Positions 34,224 through 48,000 of a DNA stretch of 64,000 bases are shown one piece after another; position 1 is the first letter of the stretch; each line of letters begins with the position of its first letter. The position numbers and the translations under genes are program-made. Source of the stretch: Klebsormidium nitens (taxonomy: Eukaryota; Plantae; Klebsormidiophyceae); assembly GCA_000708835.1 (NCBI GenBank), contig DF237123.1, positions 97,444-161,443 on the forward strand, given 5' to 3'. Below the pieces are notes generated by a model. That model was not told the DNA's origin and ran no database searches. It saw nothing but the letters and a program-made list of their open reading frames with translations.

Positions 34224-37200
34224 ATGACGCGCGACCGGCAAACATCCTTATGCATCTTGTTTGCACCTATCCTCCTCGTGGCTGCATGGGATAGCACGGC
34301 TCAGGTAAGATTGGTTACTGCATCAGAGTGATTGCAAAGTTGCAGCCCTTAAATTTGCATATTAGACCTGTTTGATGATATGCTGGATCGCGATATTTCA
34401 TGTTCTTCAGGCTTCATCCGACGTTAAATGGAGCCTCCTTTTCCTTTATCTCCAATGCCTCCTTTTCTGTATCTGCTTTAAACGTCGATTTCCCCTCAGA
34501 ATTATCGTAACCTTACAAATCATCGAGCTGTCCCTCTCCTTTACAGGCTCAATCGACCGACACCTCTTCTGGAGGCTCCAATGGTAAGACCTGCAGAACA
34601 AACGCTTCAATGTCATGCAATGAAGATTGCGGATCCTGACCTGGTTTCGCTGCTGTCAAGCATCCGACTGTCCTGGCTGGTGATTCAGCAATTTCTGCAT
34701 CAGATGACAGTACTTGGAACTTGACTCACAGGAACCCATTTTATCCGGGCGGAGGGAACCCAACTCTTCCTTGGGTGCAAGAGGTTTGTCTTTGCGGGTT
34801 GGAATCAATGGGACTTGGGACAGGTAAGGACAAGATTCTATTCAAACTTGTGCTCAAAGCTAACCACTGAATATTCTACTCATTCAAACCTTTTCTGAAA
34901 TTAGATAATATCTTTTTTCCAGTTCGTTTGATCATGTCAGCTCGACAAAGAAGCTCGTATTCGTTAGTGGTCTTCGCTTTCCGCATCAATTCAATATGCT
35001 TGCAAAAGGACTAGCTGGCTGGGGCGTAAATCAAGGTCTCTTGCTCTTGCAGGCCTACGCGGCATCAAATGGTAGTACCAGCAACATTACATCTTACGTT
35101 CAGACATCCCTTGACTACATGAAAGAGCAAGGACTGACTGTCGTCCGCACCTGGGGCTTTGGAACCACATCCAGCACCAACCTTCAGGTTAGCCGGTAGC
35201 ATCTGCTCCCCACTAATTCCAAAATCTCAACTTCGACAAGTCAATCTGCCGTTGATGAAATCGACAGGCTGGCGGGGCTTGGTACGCTCCCTCGACCATG
35301 TTAAGAATGCGTCTCAAGAATGGAAGTTAGCCCCTGCGGCTGTCAATTTTTTCTATTGTTTTCTGCAGAATACTTGTCCTTAATCATCTCCTTTTGTACT
35401 CGATCGTGAAGCCTGCCAGTAGTAAAGCTTGCGGTGATGGTCTTTTACTACTCGCTGATCCCAACTCTCATGCTTCTTCTTCTGCAGATCGCTCCTGGCC
35501 AATATAACGAGAGCGTCTTTGAGAGTGAGTTACTTCCACTGAACACAAGCCTCTGATTGAAACGTGTTTCTAATCGCTTACCAGATTCCATGTTTTCACA
35601 AGAACGGACAGAAGAGAATGATATGACTAATTGTTACGTTATAACCTCCGTTCAATGTCTTACAGGTCTGGACTACGTCATCAGTGAAGCCGCAAAACGA
35701 AACATATATGTGAGCTGCGTCAGATTGCAAAAACCTGCACAAAAACTTTCGGCTTCAAATATTTGGTTCCAAAACACAAGGTCAGGATCGTTTGTCTAGC
35801 CTATCGGGCATCAAGCTTGGCGCACTTGGGAGCGTGACCAAGTCGCTAATGATCTCGAGCATGATCAAGCGAAGAAAGACTTTCTTGAGTTTCTATTGAA
35901 ACAGAACCTGACATGATGTACATTTGAGAATGATAATGCTGCTGCAGGTTATCATGCCCTTTGCTAACTACTGGACAGACTACGACTCAGTGAATCAGGT
36001 GAGCAAAGCACCTTGAGATGACCCTACGTACGCTTGTCGAAGCGTTTCTTTTGATACTAAGATATCACAGTCAATAGCGAGGCTGGATCCTTTTCTTCAG
36101 CTCATCCGCCTCCCAAGTCTACATTCTTGTTCGTGCAAGGTCTTGCATCAACCATTCTTGAGATTCTGATCCACTCATCTCAAGAAGATTTCAATAAAGT
36201 AATTCCTTGTTTTGCAGTACATCCAGTGGTGCGGTACACAAAGCATGGACGAGTTCTTCACAAAAGAAGAGGTGAGCCAGCTGTTGTAGCATGCGACAGA
36301 CGACATTCTGTGAAGCTCCTCTGCGTCCATTATATGCACCATATTTCAAGCCTACTTACCCATAGAGCAGATTATCACAAGCTGAATGTGAGGTGGCTCT
36401 GTGAAAACCAATTTTACCAGGGGAGAAGCAAAGACGATCACTGACGTTTCTCGTTTGCTTTGCAGTGCAAGCAGCTTTACAAGAACCATGTCCAGCATTT
36501 CCTGGTGAGTCAATCCCTTGATCTTCACTTGCCAGAATAGACTATGCAGTGGTATTAGATACTAGAAGAAGATCCACTAAGGCCCCTTAACGTCCCCTGA
36601 GGTCCCTCGACCTGACATTGCGGTCTGCTCCTGGATCCATTTGCGGCGAGCAGATTGGAATCTCTCATCACATCTTCCGCAAGCTCTTTGCCGCCGACAG
36701 CACGGTGAAGAAGGACGCTGATTACATCAATTCTTGATATATTGCCTTGGGCTGATGCTGCAGACTCATGTCAACGTGTTCAGCGGCATCTCGTACCTCG
36801 ATGATCCCACCATTCTGGGATGGAACCTCCTGAACGAGCCTAGGTGAGTCACCTGCTGATCTCCGGATTTCTGCATGGCGGCATGGACAAATTTAGCATC
36901 CAGACTATTCGTGTTTGCTCTATAAGCACACTTTGCGTGCGGGACCTGCTGGATGCAATTCATGACGCCGTTTGGACAGGAATTCTTTCTTTACAGGTGC
37001 GAATCGGGCAATTACTGCGCTGACTCCGTTCAGAGCTGGATCGAAGAGATGGCCGCTTTCGTGAAGGTACGCCTGCTGCTGGAAAAGTTGAAACCGTGGA
37101 AGCGCGGGTCCCTCCTGCTTATTTCTTGCTCGAAGGAGTTTGCACACCATCCTCGTTTTTCAAGCCAGCTGCACGGTTATGCAGGGCACGATTTGATTTG

Positions 37201-39308
37201 AGAAAAAAATTGGATTGATGCAGATTATTGACCCTAATCATATGCTGGCCACCGGCTTTGAGGGCTTCTACAGCTTGACTAGTAGCCGCTGGATGTGCAA
37301 CCCCGATTACCCAGGCAAGTTCCAAACTTCCTAACGCCGTCAAAACCCAGATCTCTCAAAATCATCAAAGTCTTCGTGTCGTTTTCGAAGCGAGCCCCTA
37401 TCAGCGTATTCTGTAAAACAGCTGCAGATACTTCGTGAAATTGCCGTGAAACAATCTAAACTTGGTCCCCGTTTTCCCTCCCTTCGAGCACCATTATTCT
37501 TTCCGACTTAACAGATTGTGCACCTTTCTGATTACAGACAAGTGGCCGCAGCAATCGGGTCAGGACTTTTACCGCAACAACCTAGTTCCTGAAATCGACT
37601 TCGCGGCAGCACATCTGTGGTAATGTACATACTTCTTCTCGGTTCATTTCCAATCCTTGCATTCTAAGCGACATCGGTGGTCAAGGGACTAGAGCTGACG
37701 CTGAATTTCGATTCAATCTCAATCTCTTCATACTGCTGACTTCAAAAGAAAGCCGCCAGATCAGTGGATACTGGTTTTGCAATGATTGACACAGGAGGAA
37801 GAAATCATCTGACAGGGGACGCTTTTGTAGGACGGACAACTGGTTTGGCTCGAACAAGTCGACGACCTGGGAGCAGAAGATCCAATTTGTCGACCTCTGG
37901 CTGACGTGCCACATCAACGACGCAAAGGTAAGCAAAGCATCCTTTGACGATCCTCAGTTTTGCTCGAGCAAAACTTCAGGTGGTCTCAGAAAGCTCTACG
38001 ATGACGTTCTGCAATAGTCTCATGGTGGATTCAGAATTGCGGTGAAGCCGCTCGAGTACCTTTCCGGACCTCATTACTCTGGCTTCTGAGAAGGCGGTGA
38101 GAAAGGCATCAGGCTAAACCCAACCCGCTTTGATAGACTCCAGCTTCTGGGCAAGCCGCTAATCTACGAGGAGTTTGGGAAGGCGATCACACCCAAGGAT
38201 GACATCAGCGTGAAAGACACGTGAGTAACTCTTGCCGCACACGCGTCAAAGTACGTCTGCAACTTGAGATTCCGTTGCTATCTCGAACGAGCGTGGCTTC
38301 AATGCTGCAAAGCGTGCACTCCTTCGCCATTATGAAGATAATGTTCACACAAGACCCAAATGCTCATCAACTCAGAAAAGCGTGTGTGCAGGTTCTTTCG
38401 GAACATCTACTCCCGACTGCAGCAGTCGATGCAAGAGGGAGGGCCGGTGCAAGGCTCCGCGTTTTGGGTCTTCGAAAGCCCAGGCAAGTATCATGAGCCT
38501 TGCAATCACTGCAGAAAGCGGCTCCAGCTTTCTATTCGAGTCCGCTCGTTTGAATGCCTCTCTCCACAGTACGGAAACTTGGTGCTTGCAGCAAGCCTTT
38601 CCGATACTTTACCTGGCCTTAGTTCGAAGCTGCATCACTTCAGTTCGCCTTCCTCAGAACTACGCTCTTCGTCAACAGGTGGGCAGTACAACTACACTGT
38701 GCTGCCTGGAGACTCTACGATGGGCATCATTGAAGCCCACACGTCCTACGTGGATCAGCTGCAAAGCAGGTGAGCTCGGCAGCGACTTGGGATTGCCGAA
38801 AACAGGGCAGAGTCTGAAGGCGAGCTCGACCGATAAGTCGTATCAGAAGCTTCCACTCCGGCACTTACCATAGCCTCGATGCAATCAGACTGTACTCCAT
38901 TCAATCAAGCAATGATCCAGGACGTGGTTACTGAAGCTTTCAACTACCTTGAACTGTCGAAAAGCACCCTACCCCTCCGCCCGGTAAATCTCATCATAGG
39001 ATTTCGTCTAGCAGAAGCATTCCGTGAACAATTATTGAGAAGGACTTCCGTAACGCCTCTTTCATCGTCGATGCAGCATCAATGAAGGCGGCTGCTCACC
39101 TGTGCCGGCGACTCCTCCGACGCCCTCCGTTGACGCCCCCGCCCTTGCTCCAGCCCCCCAGTACTTCAACACGCCGCAAAGTGCACCATCAGACCCGTCT
39201 CCAGGACCCGATGCGAACTCCACCGGCCCTTCACCGAGTGCCCCAGAGCCAGCGCCATCTCAAGCTCCGACTCCGCCGCCGTACTTGATGGTCATGAACG
39301 TCCCCTAG
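34224..39308 (+). CDS. Secreted GH5 endo-1,4-beta-mannanase with a Pro/Ala/Ser-rich C-terminal tail. 18 exons: 34224-34304, 34547-34583, 34732-34823, 35053-35187, 35488-35524, 35666-35709, 35948-35998, 36218-36271, 36466-36504, 36764-36843, 36997-37066, 37224-37314, 37538-37619, 37831-37927, 38144-38220, 38392-38483, 38679-38769, 39077-39308
   Basis: Signal peptide (CILFAPILLVAAWDSTA) and plant MAN motifs: FIRAEGTQL..FVFAGWNQW, GLTVVRTWGF, APGQYNESVF, LDYVISEA, DDPTILGWNLLNEPR (acid/base Glu), IDPNHMLATGFEGFY, IDFAAAHLW, GKPLIYEEFGK (nucleophile Glu), GSAFW. All phases are consistent when two GC donors are allowed. Confidence 0.93.
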
Positions 39309-40160
39309 CGACTCGCTTCAAGTACCATAGACAATATTGCGGAATGTTCTAGCCTTGATTACTTTAGTTGTAGACTTGATCGGCCGTGGACTCGTCCGAC
39401 ATACACATAAAGGCAGTATCACAGCATGTGAGATGCCATAAACACCGTACATATAACAATCAATGTTGTCCGAATTCTGTTGGGTGACCTGCATGTGTGT
39501 CAATGCCCAGATCATGTTGACCCGACATATGGCATGCAGACGCGTGCTTGCCTGGGCGGCTCAGCTCGCTCGCGTGACTCACGCAATAAGTTGCCGGAGA
39601 TCCTTGCGGACTGCCCTCAAGTGTGCTCACTGTCGACCAAAAGCTTGATTGAACCTAAGTCATCTGGATGACTGAAGTGACGGCGGCAATGGGCACGTGG
39701 GCACGGCAGGCCGCTTCATGAGTATACACAGCCGAGTGAGAAAAAGTGCAAATGTACTCAAATCTGCATGGTGACTCGCCGAATGCTGCGCCGAGCTTCG
39801 TGCGCATTCTACTCGGATCACACATGCATGCTATCGTTTGTAAGCGCGCATTATCTTGGGTTGCAGCACATGATCAATAAATGCACCACAAGCCTGAAGC
39901 CTGGTGCCTGCGGTTACACTGTACTGCACACTAAAAGAGCTCGGCACTCTCTAGCGCAGCATCACCGGCCCAGTACAAGTGCAGCCAGCTGTCATTCAAC
40001 CAGAAGAAGCAGGCAGTCTGCTCGTTATCAAGAATAGCTTTCGAAGAAGAGCACGTTAGACAAAATCGTACAAAATACGAGAAGTTGGTAAGCGTTGCTT
40101 GAGAACAACACCAGAAGGAGTATCTTTTGAGAATCAGGTGCAGGATGCAAACTTTAACAA

Positions 40161-43100
40161 TCACGTGTCATTGTCTTGCCGAGAGTGCAAATGCTTCTGT
40201 CTACCACTGAAATCTGTAAGTCCCTTTCCGCTACCAACGACGCCAACCTTTCCACTCAGGTCGTCGGGAGACTTGAAGATGCTCTCCTTCTTCTTGCCCG
40301 TGAAGAATCCCGCCTGCGGGCAACAGTTTATTGCAAGGTTGATGGGAGGTCAAAGGCAGTCAAGCGCCACAGTCGTGGATGTTAAACAGGAGCAAACGCA
40401 ATCCTCGCTCAAGTTAAGTCTTGTAACCTGCTTGGTGGTCGCTAATGCAGTATCTTTGTTTAAGCAATAACGCCCGATCTTGATACCGGCTTTCGTCCGG
40501 AGCAGCGAGATGGCAATTCCAAAGATACTCGAAAGAGACTGCGCAACCAAGTCCGACAACCCAACACTAAGAAGCCTTCTTCCGCACAAATAAGAAGCGG
40601 TCCAAAGACGAAAACCCGGAGCCTCAGACCTAAGCACAAGCTCCCCCGTTTCAGAACCTGTATTGAGACATTTCCTGCACTATACACGCCCCTCATCATA
40701 CCCATCCCGCCGCAAAAGACCGACAAAAATTGCAGTGTCGGGTTGCTTACCTTTTTCTTCGACCCGGACGTTTGGAATTGTTGCCAGGCATTTTGTCGCT
40801 TGTTCTGGGTCACCTCCAGCTTTTCAAACCGCTGCTTCGACTTCCACTGATGGATCTTCTTCCTCTTGGTCGCCCGCTGGAGACAAAGCGTGAGAACGAA
40901 GTAAGCTTGCTGGAAACTTGTTCCAACCAGTCGAACGGCAGTCTCTATAAATAGCTCCACTGTAAAGGGAAAATGGAATGAGGGAAGGAGCCATCCCGTT
41001 GGGGTTTCGGGCAGAAAAAACCGCATCTACAGCAAGGTTGAAGGTTAAAAAGCAATTCACGGCGTTAGCCTGCTGACATCTCTTTCGCGATTGCTGAAAG
41101 GATCGCAGAATGTCTCTCGACTTTCTCGAGAGCGAGCTCGCCTTCAGCATTCATTGGTAGATCGTCTGGAATCCTCGCCAGTAAGGAATGCGATCCACGG
41201 GAACGAGAACAAGGGGCCCTGCTGTGACAAATCCAGCTTTTCCGACGGTGCGAGATGGACTTTACCTGGCTGATCCATTCTGGCTATTGCAGAAACAACA
41301 CTCCAGCAACTCTTACGGTACTGTGTCTCTCTCTTTGCGGCGTGCCGGACCAAAGTAGGAGATCGCAACACTCACAACTTCTTCCGAGTCGTCGGGATTG
41401 ATCCGCAGGCTCTTGGGCAGGTCCTTCGGCATGTCCGGGTCTTTTTCGGCCGCCTCGGCAATCTTGCGCTTCAGCGCCAGCCGCGCCTCCTCCGCGACTT
41501 TCTCGGCGTCTGCTAGGGGGTTGGTGCCGGGGCCCTCGGCCGACCGGACTTGCTCCACCATAACCTGCACAAGTGTCGTGTTTCAGTAATCGAGATTTTA
41601 CGACTTTCACGTTTGGAGTAATCTACTCTGCTCTACCACAACCTGCACGGACGTTGTAATCCGATAAAAGTGTTGGCTTTTCGCATTTGAGATCTTCTAC
41701 TGTGCTCTTACCACCACTTCTAGATCGGTGTAAGGATAGCGGTAGGCTCTGGGGCCCACTGCCAATCGATCAATGAACTTGATAGAGTGTCGGAAGAACA
41801 GCCTTTGACTCCGCAAGCACGTATTACGCGGACGAGCTCTGCATGAACGCAGCGGATGGCTCCGTCAAATGCGGACCGACGGGCTTGCCGGGGTACCACA
41901 CCGAGAGAGCGGTGACGAAATCATCGCGGTCTGCAACAGCCTCTGAAAAGTCGCACGTGAGCTTCTGTGGGCCAGAGCAGTTTAAAACTGGCTCTGGAAC
42001 GTACGGAGCAGACCCAAGGGCGGACAAGTCCTCCACTCACCTCTTCCTTGTCTTCAAAGTCATCGTACTTGATGAGGTACCCCGCATCTGTGAAGTCTTC
42101 AATCGTAGCCTTGTACCTGCAAACGACGGAAGTTAACACGTCGAATCGGCGTCTCCTCCGAGCGGCTTCGCGGATCCCAGCCACTTCTTGGAGAGGCAGA
42201 GCCCTCATACGGCGTAAAACCGCAGCATGAGTGTGATTACTCACGCAAGCTGCAGTCACGCAATAGAGCACCGACGACATTGCTGACATTGCCCCTGTCT
42301 GTCGGAAACGCTCCTCTGATGATCCACTGTTGCCTCAAGCACCTCAGACTCCGACTAGCCCGGGTACTGTCAGAGTGGGCGTCCTGATACTCGGAGCGCC
42401 TGACGTCACACGGCTTTCTGCTACCCAACTGCCAAAACGAAAGTATCAAGGTCTGTGCCCCCAGCGCTAGGCCCTGCTAAAGTGGCTGGGTGACGATGCT
42501 GCGTAGACGGCCTCTTTAAAGCGGGTAAACAGCAGCAACGGATCAAAACTCACCACTCCCCATCTTCTCGATACAAGGCCTCGACTTTGCTCCCGATCGG
42601 TAACCGCCCCTCTGGTGTCTTCTTCAAGACGACTCGCGGCTCCGGTTTTCGTACGCCAACATTTAGAGCTGCGGTGAGGGCTTGACTTGGAGGGACGACA
42701 GGGGCAGGTGCGGCTGCAGAGGCCGTGGATCGGGCTTCTGTCAGCAGGTCCGCTGTGAGGTTGATCACCTGGAAAGAAGAGGGGATGATGCCGTCAGTGA
42801 AACAGAGGAGAGCAACAAGAACAGAGAAAGAGCGTTCTGCCCGCCTGTTGGACAGATTTTGATGTGGCCACATGGAAGCAGGTGAAGGTCTGTGGATCAA
42901 TCCAAATCGGTTCGAGCAGTTGTCAGGAGAAGCAAATCTGAAGAAAGGGAGGTTTGTTTCAAGTGTTCGGAGGCTTGTTGTGCAAATTGCATTCACAAGA
43001 TGCAAGACCCAACTTCCTGACACGCGCAGGTTCTGGACTTAGAAACCATTTGAGGACCAAGCAAAGCTTGCCAGGACGAAAAGCTCGAATAGGAACAAAG

Positions 43101-44442
43101 AAGAGACGGTGTAAGAACGATTGTGCGCCCCTCAAATGCAGCTATTCCAATATGTGTTCCCAGCCTCATGTGATTTGGGCAGGAGATACTGCAAGACGGT
43201 ATCTCGGCCTCATGCTATAGCAACATAAGCAGCTTCAGTACATCATCGGTTGCTCTTCTATCCAGCCTGGGGCTCTCAAAAGGTCCATATGCTTGCCGTT
43301 GAGGCCACTTTGTTCCCGGTATAGGCCCTTGAAATTGCACTCCCGAATGCTCTCTTTGCCACCCAACTGTATTTAAGCTTGGCTTAAGCAACCGTTGACA
43401 ACCGCTCTTGGATGGGGTGCACTTAGCCTCTTAATTCCACTCGAGTAGGACATCCTCAAGCTCGCATATCATCGTCCCTGATAGGGTCATCCACCCCGTA
43501 GCCTCCTTCCAAAAGAAAACCTCAGGCGATCATCATTGGAGGCAACCCACGTTTGAGGAATACCAGACTCGCACTCAGCACTGGCCTGCTCGATGCTCTG
43601 TCAATCAATGCACCTAACTTGCTGACCGCAGGCGTTGACCCATGAGGAACTTTTGCTGCCTGGAGCGTGCTTCCTCTGCAACTTACCCTGAGTTAGGCTT
43701 AACCAAGTGCAAGCCGCACCTCTGGCATGCTGACATCAGCCTGGCATAAGCAAGCTGATCATCTGCGGGAGAGGTCAAGGGAGAGAACTTGGTGATACCT
43801 GACAAGCATAGTTGCGGCTTATCTGCTGAAAGGTCCAAAACCTTTAACCTAAACCTTGCCAAGTTTGAAACAACTAGGCTGACACGTTCCCATGCGGTGG
43901 AAAAGCGGGTGGGGGTCGCAAAACTTGTTGAAGTATCCATTCTTCAAATGAAAAGTGAAAAGTATCAGGATAAACATCTCACCTCCTCAAGGTCCTGCAC
44001 AATGGTTGGGTACTCCTCATTTGATGGGTCCGAGGCCGCCAATTGTCGAGCCTGCACAGGTTGGGAGACCTCAACTTCAAGTCCTTAACAAGGGGAAGTG
44101 AAGCCAAATGCTGAATGACAGCGGATTGCAACTCTATGATCTTCCTCTATACTTTTTTTGAGGTCAGGAGAGTTGAAGTAGCAAATGCTGCATACATCTT
44201 CAGGCGGAACTCGGAGAGGACATTTCCAAAATGGATAGATCTTATGCCAAAAACACGTATCATCCGAGTTTAAGTGTCCGATAAACCACAGGCTTGTCTC
44301 ACAAGGATTGCTTCAAAAACATTAGACAAAATTGGCACATACAAAACGAGCAAGGGGACCAGGATCGTGTGCAGGCACTTACCTGCTGTAATTGTGCATA
44401 ATATGTAGTCAGATTAGTTTCTAGTTCCTGGATGCTTTGCAT
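40161..44442 (-). CDS. SPF30: Survival of motor neuron-related splicing factor 30 (SMNDC1/SPF30, Tudor domain). Exons 44442-44383, 44051-43983, 42768-42554, 42116-42041, 41564-41376, 40876-40751, 40313-40161
   Basis: MQSIQELETNLTTYYAQLQQ...DPSNEEY...LEEVINLTADLL; Tudor segment LPIGSKVEALYREDGEWYKATIEDFTDAGYLIKYDDF; LPKSLRINPDDSEE..KRKKIHQWKSKQRFEKLEVTQNKRQNAWQQF; KKESIFKSPDDLSGKVGVVGSGKGLTDF. Phases are consistent. Confidence 0.92.
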
Positions 44443-45074
44443 CTTGGTAAATGCACGGCCCTAGCTGTTACCCGGATCACAGCAAGCAAATGTTAAGCCT
44501 TCCTTCCCCTCGGGAATCTTCTTGCCAACCGCGCACAAATATTCGCGCAACTCAGAAAGTTATCGAACCCCGGGCCGAAAAGCGTCTATTAAAGGCTGAA
44601 CCTGCAAAGTGCAGTACGTCTGCCAAGGTGCTGCCAGCGCTGAAGTCCCTTTGAGGCCCAGTGCTCCAGAACCTTTCCTTCAAAGTCTGGCAGGCGGCGC
44701 TTTGATCCTGCTGAAACTCTCGATTCTGGAGTGCTCAGCCTCTGGAGTCAAGAGGGTGGACGAAATCTCCCTGAAGACTCGCAGGGCATGAAGCCCTCTA
44801 GAAATATTGAAAGTTACCCTGACAAGCACAATGCTTCCGAATCTCTCTTGAGGTACCTCACATTCTGCCACAGCATTTCTCCCAGAAGTTCACCAACTTC
44901 AAGTTTCTCTTTGTTTGTCTATATGGCTTGTGTCACAGTCGAAGTTCTTCAATGTGACAATGACATTGTGAAAAAGGGCGCTTTTTGTATCCACTTCGCT
45001 TCTTCAACCTGTTTTCCCTTCTGTTCTTGAGGCCACCATTCGGCTGCTGAGGTGCAACACGCTCCATTGTCACG
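44443..45074. promoter_or_regulatory. Putative bidirectional promoter region between SPF30 and DDL
   Basis: Only 632 bp separate the two divergent start codons. No specific motif was identified. Confidence 0.5.
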
Positions 45075-48000
45075 ATGGCAGCAGGCCGGGGGAGGGACAT
45101 GGTCAAGCCAGCCTGGATGAAAGAGGAGCAGCGGAAACAAGCTGGAAGACGCTCCAGGTAATATGCGGGAAGGTTTCTGGCTTACCGTCCGTTTATTTGG
45201 AGATCTGTCCGATTAAGAAGTTCTTCTGAATATGATTCATAAACCCTCCTGCATCACTAGAACAGAACCGCTCAGTCACGAGAGCTCACTTCCATGAGGA
45301 GGATCACTCCAGTCACTTGCAAACATGCGAGCTACCCGGATGTGAGTTTACTCCCAAATTTGGTGCTAAAGTGTTATGTAGTCTCGCATGAATTTCCAGT
45401 TTTATTACTAGATTACAGTGCATTGGTGGTGTTTCATTCTCAAAGGCTGAGCAACTTGGACTGCCTGTCATTAAACTCAATTGCTGATGGCAGGCAAGGA
45501 TGTTAATCAATTGGGACTGTAGACTCAACAATCGGTAGTTTCGCAGTCAGCAGAGGGAGGCATACTCAGTGTTCGATGACTGCAAATACATTGGGACTTC
45601 ATGGAGTCTCATTAAGGGTTGAAGATATGACCCATGCTGCTCGCTCCAAGCCCCCCTCACTCAAGCAGCAATCGTACATGCTTGCTGCTGCTTACCAAGT
45701 CATTCAGCTCACCTTGAGAATGTTGATCAGCGGTGGTAGACCATTCGATTGAGAACACGACTAGTTCAGAGAAATCAGCACTTAATTTCACGAAGTTACT
45801 CACACGGCTTTCGGCTCTCCTCAGGTCAAGGTCCCCCCCTCCAAGACCAAAGCTAAGGCCCCCGGACCGGGATCGCGACAGTCATAGAGAGGATAGAAAT
45901 GGGAGGGAGTCAGAAAGGGAGCGGGAAAGAGAAAGAGAAGGACACAGGGATCATCGGAGCAGAGATCACAGACAGAGGAGCCGATCGCCGGAGCGCAACG
46001 GGGGGGCTCAAAGAGCGAGGGCACGAGGGGAGGACGAAGCAGGACGCGGAGGGGATGACCGTCGAAGGGTGGGTAAACTTTTGGCATCATTAGGGTCTCC
46101 TGCAAGTGCTGGTTTTGTATGTCAAGCTGAGGTTCGACAGAAGGCCGTGTTTTCATGACTTTTATAGGGGCATTGACTAAAAGAGAGAGAAAGACAGAGA
46201 GATTCTGGCTCTCCGAGCAGAATGTACTCTAGGCCTGAGTTCATTGGTAATATGTAAAACAATCATGGGGAGGTCCAATCTGCTTCGTTGGCAAGAGTTT
46301 TATCAGTGCAGCAGGCGCATCCTGGCATTCCAGGTGTTAGTTAACATGCGTTCAAAACACGCTAGTCTGTCGAGGCAGTTCGAAGTCAACCCATTTTCTC
46401 GCGTGAGCTGTGCTCCATCATTTCATGGGCAATCTATCTATGCGACCCTGTGATCTTGCAAGTTTGCAATCCTCTTATCGTGTACTCCTGCAATTTTGCA
46501 GGACGAAAGGAGCAGAGAAGAAAAGCGGCCACGGCAGGAGCCCCTCCGGAAAGACTCGCCTGAGTAAGAACGCATATTGTATTCCTACATGAAAATTAAG
46601 CTGGTTTTCTGCGTTAGAGACTACGTTACAAGGCGAAAAGATTTTCCAGGACGACTCAACTCGTTTCGTCGTTGTGTTTCTCGCCTTCATTTTATGAGTG
46701 AAGCCCCCGTGTACTGCTTCCGACACTGATTCACTAGAACTTATCTAGCTTTTGCAAATCCTCCTCAACACTTTAGAACGAAGGACAGCACCAAGTGGTT
46801 TTTCCGTATTTGAGAGAGCGAATCTTCTTGTCAACCTTCAAGGCCATCGATGCCAACATTGAATCAGTCATAGGCTAGTTTGGTAGACCTTGCTGTGCAT
46901 CAAAAATTCGATGTTTGTTCGGTTTGATTGCCCAGTCAGTAGGCACGCTCATGGGCCCCGCAACAAGTTTGGAACCGGCCAACGATGGGGGCAGCTCCCA
47001 ACTTCCACCTTTGGGGCTGCATTTTATGCTGTCTGCCAACCGCAAAGGCCGGCCTTAATTTGTGACGGCGACGTCTTGGGGCAGATTGTGTAAGGGTGCG
47101 CCGCGTTTCCGAACTGATGTCTTGACACAACTGCCTGGTTGGCAGAACCCAAAACGATTGTGTCACGACGGGGAAAGCGTGCGTACTGACTGTGCCTCTT
47201 GTTCATTGGTTGCAACTGAAAAGATCGTGCTCTCTGTTCTACACAGGGAGCAGGCAGAACCGCCGCCTGTGGATGCCAGCTTAGCGGCCATGGAGGCTGC
47301 TCAAAAAGCGCTAGAAGAAAAGGAAGCCCAGAAGGTGCGAGGAAAGACGATCTTTTCACTAAAATCCATTCCGGCTTCTGAAGCGGGAGATTTTCGTCTT
47401 TCTGCAATGCAGCGATTTGCAAAACCGATTTTTTTTTTCAAACTGCCCTTTCTTTCGCGGAGGAGACTTTCAAAAGTTAGCAGTTGCGAACTGATTGACG
47501 AGAGGAATATCTTGAAGACACAAGGAAGGAATGTGTTTGTAGCATGTCTTAGGTGCGTCTCTGGAGTCCTTGAATTTCAGGATCTCAACCTTTGCAGTGC
47601 CGTATTAGGGTAAAGGTCCGAGGTTTTCCTCAGTCGTTTGTGCTCAGGGTAAAGTTTTTTATTGAGTGAAGTGGGTAGAACCAAGTATAAACATCCTGAG
47701 CTTTTCAAACGGTCTTTGTCGAGAATCGGTTTGTGATCTGCTCGTCGAGTCCCGCCTAATGTGGACCCGCATCCGGGTGCCATTGCCACTCGGTTGGAAT
47801 AGGGTTTGGGCCAGCTGAGGCGTTGTCTTTAAAGCGAGCCAATTTATGGTTCCAAAGCAGGTAGCGGCACATCGCAGGTACAACCGGACTTCGGCTACTC
47901 TGGGAAGTTGGCCGAAGAGACGAACAAAGTGAACGGTGAGGCGAAACGAATCTTTGCTAGCAGCCTCTGAGCGTACTCCAAACGTCCAGCTACAGACCCG

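Noticed and set aside
43250-43980. Possible retroelement fragment in the SPF30 intron
   Set aside because: No RT, integrase, LTR or TSD features were recognisable.
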